IMG/VR virus record: IMGVR_UViG_3300023235_000012
Span: 73,268 to 137,267 of that record
DNA length: 64,000 bases
Strand: one strand, 5' to 3'
Source of the DNA: a virus
The translations under genes and the position numbers were made by a program. The notes under the pieces are model-generated. The model made no database searches, was not told the DNA's origin, and saw only the letters and a program-made list of their open reading frames with translations. Each line of letters opens with the position of its first letter. Position 1 is the first letter of the stretch. Below, one piece after another: positions 19,323 to 28,667 of the stretch.

Positions 19323-19871
19323 TCATAGATATTCTATCTTTCCATCTTCTCTGGGTTTTGCTCTGATTTGTAATTCTTCAGGTTCCGGGGCTTGATCTTC
19401 GCCAGACAATTCATTCTCAAGGATCTGAGATCGATATATATCAGCTAACCAGGAATCAAATATTTGCGGGTCGCCCGCTCCTTCATATCCCTGATCTTTT
19501 AAAAATTCAATAAATTCATAATTCCAATCGAATTCCATCCAGAACCCACCTGGCCCTTGTTCCCAGTCAAACCCAGATTCTATCACTCTGACAAAAGGAT
19601 TACCTTCAATCGTTGCTATCGCATTTTGATAAAAAGAATTGCTTATCTTATCGAAAGACAAATCAAGTTCCAATAATCCTCTTTGAAATTGAAGAGGAAT
19701 TTCTTCTATTGACCCTTCTTCTTGTTCTTTGGTGACATCATAATCAATGCGAAGAAGAGTTCGGGCCAATTCATATGACCCCGCTGCCATTTCATATTCT
19801 GCTTTTGCTCTGGCTTTTGTCTTTCCTTTAAGACCCCATGATCCAGGCATCCATTCGAATGGTATTCGCAT
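19323..19871 (-). CDS. hypothetical phage protein
   Basis: PFVRV…FWMEFDWNYEFI…GYEG; SD AGGAG. Confidence 0.65.
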   Translation of the reverse strand: MRIPFEWMPGSWGLKGKTKARAKAEYEMAAGSYELARTLLRIDYDVTKEQEEGSIEEIPLQFQRGLLELDLSFDKISNSFYQNAIATIEGNPFVRVIESGFDWEQGPGGFWMEFDWNYEFIEFLKDQGYEGAGDPQIFDSWLADIYRSQILENELSGEDQAPEPEELQIRAKPREDGKIEYL

Positions 19872-19903
19872 TTTTCTCCTTGTTAATCTTACAGAAATAA
19901 TCT

Positions 19904-20680
19904 TTAAAGATTGAACTCTTGTCCCCTAATCACCCATCCTAAAAAACCATCTTTTTTACAATCCACTTTTTTACCTGGATGATAGTGATAGAGCCACATC
20001 TTAGCTTTAGTTTCTTCTGGAAGAGTTTTGAGTTCTTCATAGTGAGCATGAACACCAGAAGCAAAAGGACTCGTCTCACAATCATGAAAAATTACATCAG
20101 ATTGATCGTAAAATTTTTTGATTTGGTTTGGATTGAATTGTGTATCGGTAGTTAGAAATGCTTTGGTTCCATTAGGACCTGTCCACATCAAACCATAACT
20201 TGGAACGATGCTAAAGCCATCCATAAAATGAACCACCTGAACGAGTTGGAAATCAATCTCTTCCCATTTAGCTACACCGTTCTCTGGAATTGAGACTACT
20301 TCAAAATAATCGTCAAGTTTCACTTTTTGCCCTTCGATGCTTCCGAGTCCACCACACAATGAGTCATCCCAGAGATCTTCAAGCAATCGATGATTTCCGA
20401 ACATAAAAGGTTTCTTCATAGTCGGATTAAAAAACGTCGAAAAGGCTAGATATTCCAGACCTCCAATATGATCAGCATGTTGATGACTAATGTAGATACC
20501 ATCAATATCACCTATTGTTAAACCCGCTTTCGTCAATGAAAATCGTATGTCAGACCCACAATCTATCAAGAGGTTTTTTCCATTGAGTCTAACAATCATG
20601 TTCGACTGAAAATCACATTGATTCAAATCTCCTGATTCTGGCACAGTGAACGCGGATCCAGTTCCTAAAAATTTCAACAT
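19904..20680 (-). CDS. MBL-fold hydrolase, anti-Pycsar Apyc1-like
   Basis: FLGTGSAF, LIDCG, SHQHADHIGGLE, FHDC, GVHA, WLYHY. Confidence 0.8.
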   Translation of the reverse strand: MLKFLGTGSAFTVPESGDLNQCDFQSNMIVRLNGKNLLIDCGSDIRFSLTKAGLTIGDIDGIYISHQHADHIGGLEYLAFSTFFNPTMKKPFMFGNHRLLEDLWDDSLCGGLGSIEGQKVKLDDYFEVVSIPENGVAKWEEIDFQLVQVVHFMDGFSIVPSYGLMWTGPNGTKAFLTTDTQFNPNQIKKFYDQSDVIFHDCETSPFASGVHAHYEELKTLPEETKAKMWLYHYHPGKKVDCKKDGFLGWVIRGQEFNL

Positions 20681-21646
20681 TTATTTTCCTATAGCGTTAT
20701 TGAAGATCCATGAGTGAATGCGAGCACTGAAGTTGTATCCTCGTCGAACAGTTTCTTCACAAATTCTAGCTTGAATTTCTTCCTGTTGTTCTCCGGATGA
20801 ACCTACCGGCATGATCCACACTGGCCATTCAATACCAACATCACGATACGTGTTAGTGGCTCTTTCTACTTCGTCCCATGATCTCTCTGAACCATCTACA
20901 ACGTATTTCAATTGTCCATTGTCGGACGCATCAGCGTATGATCGTAACACGGCTGCTTTTATTGCCTTTTCCCAAGATTCACCTGATGCGTATAGCTTCG
21001 GTGAAACTGACCAAAACCATTCAACCGGTCCTTGCTCATCAGGAACCAATCCACCACATTCGCTTGCTGTTTTGAACGCATTAATCAACTCTTCTGCGTT
21101 TGGACGCAGTCGTTGTGTTCCATTTGTCTCTACGGTCACAAATGATGGAACATTCGATCTCTTCACAAATTCACGAAAAATTTCACAGATAGCAGTTTGG
21201 TTCATCATCGGCTCTCCACCAGTGAACGCCATATGAATCGATTGTTTAGAGCGTGGATGAATAAACTTCCCATCTGGGTTGGTTTCGTGTATCATTAATT
21301 TTTCAAGTTTATCCACCATTTCTCTGGGGGTTTCTTGGTGTACCAAGTGCTGGAATTTTTTCGCCCAGCTATAAGCCGAATCGCACCCAAATTTTAAGAT
21401 TGGAACATCTTCCATACTTTTGATGTCAGTTAGATCGAGATTTTCATACTCTGTTTCCCAGGTACTCGGATCTCCTGGATTTTTTTGCCCGAAGCCTTGG
21501 CAAGAAAAATTGCAACCCCAAAATCTAACCCAAATAGTAGGAACTCCGGTATACTGTCCTTCTCCTTGGATGGTTTCACCGAAGATTTCAGAATAACGAA
21601 ATTTCTTTTCTTTCATATTTTTTCCGCATTTAGAACAAATTTCCAT
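20681..21646 (-). CDS. queE: 7-carboxy-7-deazaguanine synthase (radical SAM)
   Basis: TIQGEG, VRFWGCNFSC…GCDS, FTGGEP, VETNGT, VSPKL. Confidence 0.88.
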   Translation of the reverse strand: MEICSKCGKNMKEKKFRYSEIFGETIQGEGQYTGVPTIWVRFWGCNFSCQGFGQKNPGDPSTWETEYENLDLTDIKSMEDVPILKFGCDSAYSWAKKFQHLVHQETPREMVDKLEKLMIHETNPDGKFIHPRSKQSIHMAFTGGEPMMNQTAICEIFREFVKRSNVPSFVTVETNGTQRLRPNAEELINAFKTASECGGLVPDEQGPVEWFWSVSPKLYASGESWEKAIKAAVLRSYADASDNGQLKYVVDGSERSWDEVERATNTYRDVGIEWPVWIMPVGSSGEQQEEIQARICEETVRRGYNFSARIHSWIFNNAIGK

Positions 21647-21683
21647 TGTTTAATATACACTCAAATGATAGGCATGGTCAATA

Positions 21684-22097
21684 TTATTCTACCATATTTA
21701 ACACTACCTGATAATTATCCCATGCTGCTTGAAGTGATGGATCCTTCTTCCGAAGATTAGCCTCTTTTTCAAGGCGATTAGTAATTTCCAGAAGTTCGTC
21801 GTTTTGAGCCTCTATTTCACTAACTCGTTCATTTTGAATCCTGCCAAATTTTTCGGCGGTCAGCGCCTTCGCTTTCATCCTGCGAGCGTATTTTCCATTT
21901 TTTTCTAGAGAATCATCCCAGAACCAACTTTCATAATCTTCTTTAATCCAATTAAGAGATTTTGATACGTTTATCAATTCTCTGTAATAGACGACCTCTT
22001 GTTCCGAAAGATAATCTTTGTTACACATCTCGTCTATCAATTTTTATAGGTTATTGATTTCAACCCTAATTTTGTCAACACCGAATTCTTTTTCCAT
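21684..22097 (-). pseudogene. gene with C-terminal DPSLQAAWD motif and an in-frame TAA near its 5' end
   Basis: MEKEFGVDKIRVEINNL*KL is in frame with the track ORF (TTG at 22040); a shorter product is possible. Confidence 0.45.
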
Positions 22098-22124
22098 CAA
22101 TTGACTTCTCCAGAATCATTTAAT

Positions 22125-22466
22125 CTAGTCTTTCAGAACTGGTCCAAATGGCAGAGTCCGCAACAATTCGATCCGACGATTTGTGCACGTTCGAATAGCA
22201 GCCGAAGACCCCTTTCCTGCCAAACGATGGATTTCGAAGGCTCTTGCAAATTCTTCGTCTTGCATGCAATACTCTCTGATATCTTTCTTTGAAGGAATTA
22301 CCTTCTTAGAATTGATTGGAGTCCTACTGTTCTTTGCTTTGGTGATATTTGCTTGTATTATAGATGATGCTGTTTTTCTTCGAGGAGCAGGTTGCTGATT
22401 AATAGCGTATTTCCCCGAGTTGCCAAGATAAGGAGCCTTTATCGAAGTCAATCCAAAACCTTGCAT
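22125..22466 (-). CDS. hypothetical basic protein
   Basis: likely start MQGFG just after the upstream stop. Confidence 0.5.
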   Translation of the reverse strand: MQGFGLTSIKAPYLGNSGKYAINQQPAPRRKTASSIIQANITKAKNSRTPINSKKVIPSKKDIREYCMQDEEFARAFEIHRLAGKGSSAAIRTCTNRRIELLRTLPFGPVLKD

Positions 22467-22467
22467 A

Positions 22468-22782
22468 TTATGCGCTCCAATACCGTTCCGTGCTAGGATC
22501 ACAAATACCACCGATCAGTTCAGCCCGAATCTGCACCGACTTATCATTCATCAAATTTTTGACCGTTACGAGCTTTTGAGATTCTTCGAACAAATGATCC
22601 ATAATCTGCTTCTTCAAGCTAGTCATTGTTTCCGCTACGAACGAAGTACCGTCATGCATTAATGCACATAAAAGGCCGCCCTCGATTTTATCGACCATCC
22701 CAACTTCTTTACGACCACGATATCCTTTGTCTTCAAAAACATAACCAGTTTCATTTTTCCATTTTACCAGAATCTTCGTCAT
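22468..22782 (-). CDS. hypothetical protein
   Basis: 104 aa ending CDPSTERYWSA; has its own promoter. Confidence 0.65.
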   Translation of the reverse strand: MTKILVKWKNETGYVFEDKGYRGRKEVGMVDKIEGGLLCALMHDGTSFVAETMTSLKKQIMDHLFEESQKLVTVKNLMNDKSVQIRAELIGGICDPSTERYWSA

Positions 22783-22812
22783 GTGGTAGTCCCTTTCTCA
22801 ATATGTAATTAT

Positions 22813-22840
22813 ATTATAACACATCACGAGAAAAAGTCAA
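22813..22840 (-). promoter_or_regulatory. sigma70-type early promoter
   Basis: TTGACT-16-TATAAT with extended TG. Confidence 0.7.
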
Positions 22841-23355
22841 GTGATTAATGCTTTCACTAACTCTAGTTCTTTTCGTCCGCCTGATTCCCAGGCTATTTTC
22901 AACGTTGGATTCTCTTCACCCATAGCAGTTGAATAGATGAGTTCATTGTATTCCCACCATTCTTCAGCTCCATTTACATATTCAATAGCAGGACCATCTT
23001 CACGATGCCGTTCTCCATCTAACCACCATTCTTTGGACCCATTTACATAATATTCAACAGCCGGACCCTGTTCACGATGACGTTTTCCATTCACATACCA
23101 ATATTTATTTCCATATTTGGAATAAGCCGCAGGGCCATCTTCACGATGGAGTTGTCCATTCAGATACCATGCGTTGAATCCATCTGGTGAAATAACAGCC
23201 GGACCCTGTTCACGATGCCGTTCTCCATCTAACCACCATTCTTCATATCCATCTGGGCAAATAACAGCCGGGGCTTGTTCTCGATGGAGTTGTCCATTCA
23301 GACGCCATTCTTTAGATCCATCTTCGCATTCACTCATTCTTGATTCATCGATCAT
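22837..23355 (-). CDS. 23-aa repeat protein (5 units), array copy 5
   Basis: GxKEWxLNGxLHRExGPA units; MORN-variant/YwqK-like appearance. Confidence 0.85.
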   Translation of the reverse strand: MIDESRMSECEDGSKEWRLNGQLHREQAPAVICPDGYEEWWLDGERHREQGPAVISPDGFNAWYLNGQLHREDGPAAYSKYGNKYWYVNGKRHREQGPAVEYYVNGSKEWWLDGERHREDGPAIEYVNGAEEWWEYNELIYSTAMGEENPTLKIAWESGGRKELELVKALIT

Positions 23356-23867
23356 GATATCAAAGCTTTCACCAAATTGAATTCTTCTCGATTATCTGAT
23401 TCCCAAGCTTTTTTCAACGTGAGATTCTCTTCACCCATTTCAGTTGAATAGATGAGTTTATTGTATTCCCACCATTCTTTGGATCCATCTGAGTGTTCAA
23501 TTGCGGGTCCTTGTTCACGATGCCGTTCTCCATTCAGATACCATTCTTCAGCTCCATCTGGCCATATAACAGCCGGACCTTGTTCACGATGGAGTTGTCC
23601 ATCTAACCACCATGTTTTATATCCATCTGGCCATATAACAGCCGGACCTTGTTCACGATGGAGTTTTCCATTCAGATACCATGCTTTATATCCATCTGAG
23701 TCTATAATTGCCGGACCATCTTCATTATGGCGTTCTCCATCTTTCCACCATTCTTTAGTTCCATCTGGTGATATAACAGCAGGGCCTTGTTCACGATGGA
23801 GTTTTCCATTCAGATGCCATTCTTTAGATCCATCTTCAAGTTCACTCATTCTTGATTCATCGATCAT
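23352..23867 (-). CDS. 23-aa repeat protein (5 units), array copy 4
   Basis: true start MIDESR via ATGA overlap. Confidence 0.85.
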   Translation of the reverse strand: MIDESRMSELEDGSKEWHLNGKLHREQGPAVISPDGTKEWWKDGERHNEDGPAIIDSDGYKAWYLNGKLHREQGPAVIWPDGYKTWWLDGQLHREQGPAVIWPDGAEEWYLNGERHREQGPAIEHSDGSKEWWEYNKLIYSTEMGEENLTLKKAWESDNREEFNLVKALIS

Positions 23868-24706
23868 GATATCAAAGCTTTCACTATATTGAATTCTTCT
23901 CTTGAACCAGATTCCCAAGCTTTCTTCAAAATTGGATTCTCTTCACCCATTTCAGTTGAATAGATGAGTTCATTGTATTCCCACCATTCTTTGGATCCAT
24001 CTGAGTGTTCAATTGCGGGTCCTTGTTCACGGTGGAGTTGTCCATTTAACCACCATTCATTGGATCCATTTGATCGTATAACAGCTGGGCCTTGTTCACG
24101 ATGCCGTTCTCCATTCAGATACCATGCTTTATATCCATCTGGTGATATAACAGCAGGGCCTTGTTCACGATGGAGTTTTCCATTTAAGAACCATTCTTTG
24201 GATCCATTTGATCGTAAAATTGCCGGACCTTGTTCACGATGGAGTTGTCCATCTAACCACCATGTTTTATATCCATCTGGCCATATAACAGCAGGGCCAT
24301 CTTCACGATGCCGTTCTCCATCTAACCACCATGCTTTATATCCATCTGGCCATATAACAGCAGGGCCATCTTCACGATGCCGTTCTCCATCTAACCACCA
24401 TGCTTCAGCTCCATCTGGTGATATAACAGCAGGGCCTTGTTCACGATGGAGTTTTCCATTTAAGAACCATTCTTTGGATCCATTTGATCGTAAAATTGCC
24501 GGACCTTGTTCACGATGCCGTTCTCCATCTAACCACCATTCTTCATATCCATCTGGGCAAATAACAGCCGGGGCTTGTTCTCGATGGAGTTGTCCATTCA
24601 GACGCCATTCTTTAGATCCATCTGGGCAAATAACAGCCGGGGCTTGTTCTCGATGGAGTTTTCCATTCAGACGCCATTCTTTAGATCCATCTTCAAGTTC
24701 ACTCAT
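23864..24706 (-). CDS. 23-aa repeat protein (10 units), array copy 3
   Basis: 280 aa; first 6 codons split off by a 1-nt deletion. Confidence 0.85.
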   Translation of the reverse strand: MSELEDGSKEWRLNGKLHREQAPAVICPDGSKEWRLNGQLHREQAPAVICPDGYEEWWLDGERHREQGPAILRSNGSKEWFLNGKLHREQGPAVISPDGAEAWWLDGERHREDGPAVIWPDGYKAWWLDGERHREDGPAVIWPDGYKTWWLDGQLHREQGPAILRSNGSKEWFLNGKLHREQGPAVISPDGYKAWYLNGERHREQGPAVIRSNGSNEWWLNGQLHREQGPAIEHSDGSKEWWEYNELIYSTEMGEENPILKKAWESGSREEFNIVKALIS

Positions 24707-24719
24707 CTTGGTTCATTTG

Positions 24720-25304
24720 TCATGAGATCAAAGCTTTCACCATATTGAATTCTTCTCGATTACCTGATTCCCAAGCTTTTTTTAATATTGGATTCTCGTC
24801 ACCTATATCAGTTGAATAGATGAGTTCATTGTGTTCCCACCATTCTTTAGTTCCATCTGAATCTATAACAGCCGGACCTTGTTCACGATGCCGTTCTCCA
24901 TCTAACCACCATTCTTTGGATCCATTTGATCGTAAAATTGCCGGACCTTGTTCACGATGGAGTTTTCCATTTAAGAACCATTCTTTAGTTCCACCTGGTG
25001 ATATAACAGCCGGACCTTGTTCACGATGGAGTTTTCCATTTAAGAACCATGCTTCAGTTCCATCGGGCCAAATAATAGCCGGACCATCTTCACGATGGAG
25101 TTTTCCATTTAAGAACCATTCTTTGGATCCATCGGGCCAAATAATAGCCGGACCATCTTCACGATGGAGTTCTCCATTCAGACACCATTTTTTGGTTCCA
25201 TTTGGCCTTTCAACAGCTGGGCCTTGTTCACGATGCCGTTCTCCATTCAGACACCATTCTTTAGATCCATCTTCAAGTTCACTCATTCTTGGTTCATTTG
25301 TCAT
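24720..25304 (-). CDS. 23-aa repeat protein (6 units), array copy 2
   Basis: same N- and C-caps; ATGA overlap. Confidence 0.85.
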   Translation of the reverse strand: MTNEPRMSELEDGSKEWCLNGERHREQGPAVERPNGTKKWCLNGELHREDGPAIIWPDGSKEWFLNGKLHREDGPAIIWPDGTEAWFLNGKLHREQGPAVISPGGTKEWFLNGKLHREQGPAILRSNGSKEWWLDGERHREQGPAVIDSDGTKEWWEHNELIYSTDIGDENPILKKAWESGNREEFNMVKALIS

Positions 25305-25747
25305 GAGATCAAAGCTTTCACCATATTGAATTCTTCTCGATCACCTGATTCCCAGGCATTCTTCAATATTGGATTCTCTTCGCCTATATCAGTTGAATAG
25401 ATGAGTTCATTGTATTCATACCAATATTTATTTCCATATTTGGAATAAATCGCAGGACCATCTACTCTATGACGTTTTCCATTTAAGAACCATGCTTCAT
25501 ATCCATCGGGCCAAATAATAGCCGGACCTTGTTCACGATGCCGTTCTCCATTCAGATACCACTCTTTGGACCCAACTTGACCTTCATATGCAGGGTAATA
25601 TACTCTATGACGTTTTCCATTCAGATACCATTCTTTAGTTCCATTTGACCGTATAATTGCCGGACCATCTTCACGATGGCGTTCTCCATTCAGACGCCAT
25701 TTTTTGGTTCCATCTAGATATTCAGTCATTGTTGGTTCATCGGTCAT
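25301..25747 (-). CDS. 23-aa repeat protein (4 units), array copy 1
   Basis: same caps; first gene behind the promoter. Confidence 0.85.
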   Translation of the reverse strand: MTDEPTMTEYLDGTKKWRLNGERHREDGPAIIRSNGTKEWYLNGKRHRVYYPAYEGQVGSKEWYLNGERHREQGPAIIWPDGYEAWFLNGKRHRVDGPAIYSKYGNKYWYEYNELIYSTDIGEENPILKNAWESGDREEFNMVKALIS

Positions 25748-25753
25748 GTTATT

Positions 25754-25782
25754 AACATAACATGATAATTAAGGTGAGTCAA
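25754..25782 (-). promoter_or_regulatory. sigma70-type promoter of the repeat array
   Basis: TTGACT-17-TATGTT, 6 nt from ATG, no SD. Confidence 0.65.
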
Positions 25783-25789
25783 GCAGAAA

Positions 25790-26257
25790 TTATGATTTTA
25801 CCCAGAAATTTTCCCACGGAAAACATATCCATCGGTCTTCATCTTTTCGATTAATTTCTCTAGCATAGAAATCAGGATTTATTTTCTGTGCGGTATTGTA
25901 CCAAAGACTAGCAACTCTATAATTCATCGACTCTCTAATCATAGTTCCTTTTTCTTTTTTGAACTGACTTTCGATTTTTTCAAATGTGGAACCAGAATCT
26001 ATAATATCATCGAAGACTAGCACGTAGTCTTCTTTTGTCATGTCTAATAATGAATCTATTTTCAGTTTTTTGTGATCTCGCAAAGAACAATGAATGATGT
26101 CTACTGGACAATCAAACCATTGCGCAAGAAAAACAGCTGGAATAAGACCACCGCGACTTATTCCAAAGATATGATTCGGATGGAATTTTTTGAAAGTCAT
26201 CTGTCGAGCAATTTCAATCATATCACCTTCGAATTGTTCTTGTGAATAATGAATCAT
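25790..26257 (-). CDS. purine phosphoribosyltransferase (Gpt-like)
   Basis: GISRGGLIPA, VFDDIIDSGST, WICFPWE. Confidence 0.88.
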   Translation of the reverse strand: MIHYSQEQFEGDMIEIARQMTFKKFHPNHIFGISRGGLIPAVFLAQWFDCPVDIIHCSLRDHKKLKIDSLLDMTKEDYVLVFDDIIDSGSTFEKIESQFKKEKGTMIRESMNYRVASLWYNTAQKINPDFYAREINRKDEDRWICFPWENFWVKS

Positions 26258-26305
26258 GCGTTTTCCATCTCAAATAAAGGTCTCATTTCATCTATCATTC
26301 CTTTC

Positions 26306-27103
26306 TCACTCTGAAAAACTTTTACTTGATTGGATTAGACTATAGAACTCGGCACGAATAGCATCAATCTCTTTGAATTTACCACCTAGATAGGTAGTAC
26401 ACATATCACTGCTATGCTCCCGTACACCTCTTGAAGTCATGCAATGATGCTCTGCTTTCACGATCACCGCGATATCTTCTGTTTGTGCGAATTCTTTCAA
26501 TGCACTGGCGATCTGGGTAGTCATCTCTTCTTGGATTTGTGGACGATAAGCGATGTGATGAACTATCCTATTGAACTTTGATAAGCCGATCACACAATCA
26601 CCGGGGACTACGCCGACCCAAGCCTTCCCGACGATGTTTTGAAAGTGGTGGGCACAGGTGCTGTGGATTGAAATCGGCCCGGCGGTATAGAGACCATCAT
26701 ACCCCATGTTTGGAAAAGCTGTTATTTCCGGAGGAGGTGAGTAACGCCCTCCGAAAATTTCTAGCACCATCATCTTGGCTACACGATTTGCCGTGTCTAT
26801 GGTGTTGTGATCATTAGCGGTGTCAATTATCAATGATTCAAGCACGCCTTGCATTTTCTCAGCAACTTCATCGATCAGAGCATCAATTTCACCTTCATTG
26901 ATAAATTCACTTATATTATCATTGCATCTAAAAGTAACTTTATCAGAACCATTCTTATTATTATCAATAATCCTTTCTTTGATCACATTTGATATTTTGA
27001 GATTTTCTATTATGTCAATGGCATAAGACATCTGATTTTTTATCTCTTTCAATTCATCTGCATCTGATTCGCTGATGAGTTTCTTTATGTTTTCAACAGT
27101 CAT
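26306..27103 (-). CDS. folE: GTP cyclohydrolase I
   Basis: TANRVAKM, STCAHH, GLSK, RPQIQE, HHCMTSRGV. Confidence 0.95.
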   Translation of the reverse strand: MTVENIKKLISESDADELKEIKNQMSYAIDIIENLKISNVIKERIIDNNKNGSDKVTFRCNDNISEFINEGEIDALIDEVAEKMQGVLESLIIDTANDHNTIDTANRVAKMMVLEIFGGRYSPPPEITAFPNMGYDGLYTAGPISIHSTCAHHFQNIVGKAWVGVVPGDCVIGLSKFNRIVHHIAYRPQIQEEMTTQIASALKEFAQTEDIAVIVKAEHHCMTSRGVREHSSDMCTTYLGGKFKEIDAIRAEFYSLIQSSKSFSE

Positions 27104-27140
27104 TTTTTCTCCTTGTTTAATTTTTAATTATAAGACTTTT

Positions 27141-27977
27141 CTATTGATTGTTCAATTTGTTTCTTGCTTGATCAATTAAAATACCAAATTGCTCTGAGAA
27201 CGGATCATTATCCTTAAAGAAACGAATCATCATATCTACCATATTCAATTCATCTCTATTGGATGCGTCTTCTGAATAAAGAAAGTCAATAAGATAATTG
27301 ATCATATTTTTCTGTTGGATCTCTGAATCTGTTGGATGAATCACATAATCTTCTGTAAAGCCATTCAATCCAAATGACAAAAATCTCTTAGTGCACTGTT
27401 TACATTCACCGCAAGGTTTTCCATCTTTTGGATGCCAGCAACTTATGCTCGAATCACGAATTTCTTTGGCTGTTAATCCATTAGTAAGAGCCCATTTCAC
27501 ACATTTTTCCTTTGTCCACTCTTCTTCGACAAAAGGAAATACTAATTTACAATCATCTAGGAATGGACTTAAAACATACGACAAGAGTTCACTTGTCATA
27601 TTTCGAAACTTTTCATTTTTGTCGGTTCCTTTTGGATTGTCTTCATCCCACACCGTTCCCATCCAAACTTCATTGGCTAATTCTTGCGATGCTGCTAAAA
27701 CACCAAAGACAAGATTCCGGCCAGGAATATAAATTGCTCCGGCATACGGATCATCTTTCTTTGCAATTGGTTTGATTGTATCATTCAACCAATCCACCTT
27801 TCGAACAATGACGAATTCTGGTAAACTATCTAGCTCTTCTTTTTCAGCTGCCTGACCGTGTGCAAAGAACAGGCATTTCACTTCTGCTTCGGGGTATTTG
27901 ATTTTAGCATAATGGTACATCAAGAAGGAATCAAGTCCTCCACTGTAAAGAATAACTATCTTCTTTGCTTTATTCAT
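27141..27977 (-). CDS. queC: QueC-like 7-cyano-7-deazaguanine synthase
   Basis: YSGGLDS, YIPGRN, SCW…PCGECKQC. Confidence 0.85.
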   Translation of the reverse strand: MNKAKKIVILYSGGLDSFLMYHYAKIKYPEAEVKCLFFAHGQAAEKEELDSLPEFVIVRKVDWLNDTIKPIAKKDDPYAGAIYIPGRNLVFGVLAASQELANEVWMGTVWDEDNPKGTDKNEKFRNMTSELLSYVLSPFLDDCKLVFPFVEEEWTKEKCVKWALTNGLTAKEIRDSSISCWHPKDGKPCGECKQCTKRFLSFGLNGFTEDYVIHPTDSEIQQKNMINYLIDFLYSEDASNRDELNMVDMMIRFFKDNDPFSEQFGILIDQARNKLNNQ

Positions 27978-28014
27978 TTTATTTCCTCTTTTCTTGGATT
28001 AAATCCTTTGTTTC

Positions 28015-28218
28015 TTAATGTTTCTTTATGAAAATCTTCTGCACTATAATATTTCCATCCTTGTTTTTGAAAGAGCCACATTCAAATGGAGAAGGAGGAG
28101 AATTAAATCCACAAAAAGAAGCTGCATTGTTCCAAATAACAACTCCTCTTTTGGATTTTTGACAGGGCCCAAGGTTAGCAGTTTTTACAGCTAAATCTAT
28201 GATTTGATTTGGAATCAT
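28015..28218 (-). pseudogene. N-terminal fragment of a dCMP-deaminase-like gene
   Basis: GPCQKSKRGVVI…GFNSPP but no HxE/PCxxC; 67 aa. Confidence 0.45.
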
Positions 28219-28667
28219 TATTTCTCTTGCTTTGAAATCACGTAGATCAGTTCCACATCAGTTTCATGTTCAATGATTTCTGCTTGGATAGGATCATCTT
28301 CAAAGAATTTTTTTATCTTCGGAATAGATTTGATCATTTTTGCTTTCCATTTCCCACTGGAAGCTCTAGTGTTATCTTTACGCAATTCTGGATTGAAATA
28401 TACAGGATTATTAATTTTCTTTTTTCTGAGCATTTCGTTAGTTTCATTAGCCATTTGAAAACTTCGTCCAGTGATTATAACATCTTTCGGACCAGGAAAA
28501 ATTCCTGCAGTGATCACTCCATCAATATCAAACCCACTGATTTCTAATGGATTATCTGAATTTTGTGCTAACCTTTTCTGCCTGCGATTATTAATTTCTT
28601 TTTTCGATTGTGGAACGCTCTGTTCCTTAACTAGTCGTCGTAATCGTACAGTCATCCAAGCTCCCAT
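28218..28667 (-). CDS. HAD-superfamily phosphatase
   Basis: FDIDGV, IITGR, conserved K, FFEDD. Confidence 0.8.
   Translation of the reverse strand: MGAWMTVRLRRLVKEQSVPQSKKEINNRRQKRLAQNSDNPLEISGFDIDGVITAGIFPGPKDVIITGRSFQMANETNEMLRKKKINNPVYFNPELRKDNTRASSGKWKAKMIKSIPKIKKFFEDDPIQAEIIEHETDVELIYVISKQEK

Noticed and set aside
5321-22097. Stop-codon reassignment suggested by in-frame stops
   Set aside because: The interruptions use TAG, TGA and TAA alike, and conserved genes end properly in TAG (polymerase, rnh, protease) and TGA (portal).
23174-25400. Long plus-strand ORFs over the repeat array
   Set aside because: Antisense shadows of repetitive codons; promoter and ATGA coupling are on the minus strand.
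22837-25747. CRISPR array or diversity-generating retroelement
   Set aside because: The repeats are in-frame coding units without unique spacers; no cas or reverse transcriptase gene is in the window, and variation is segmental.
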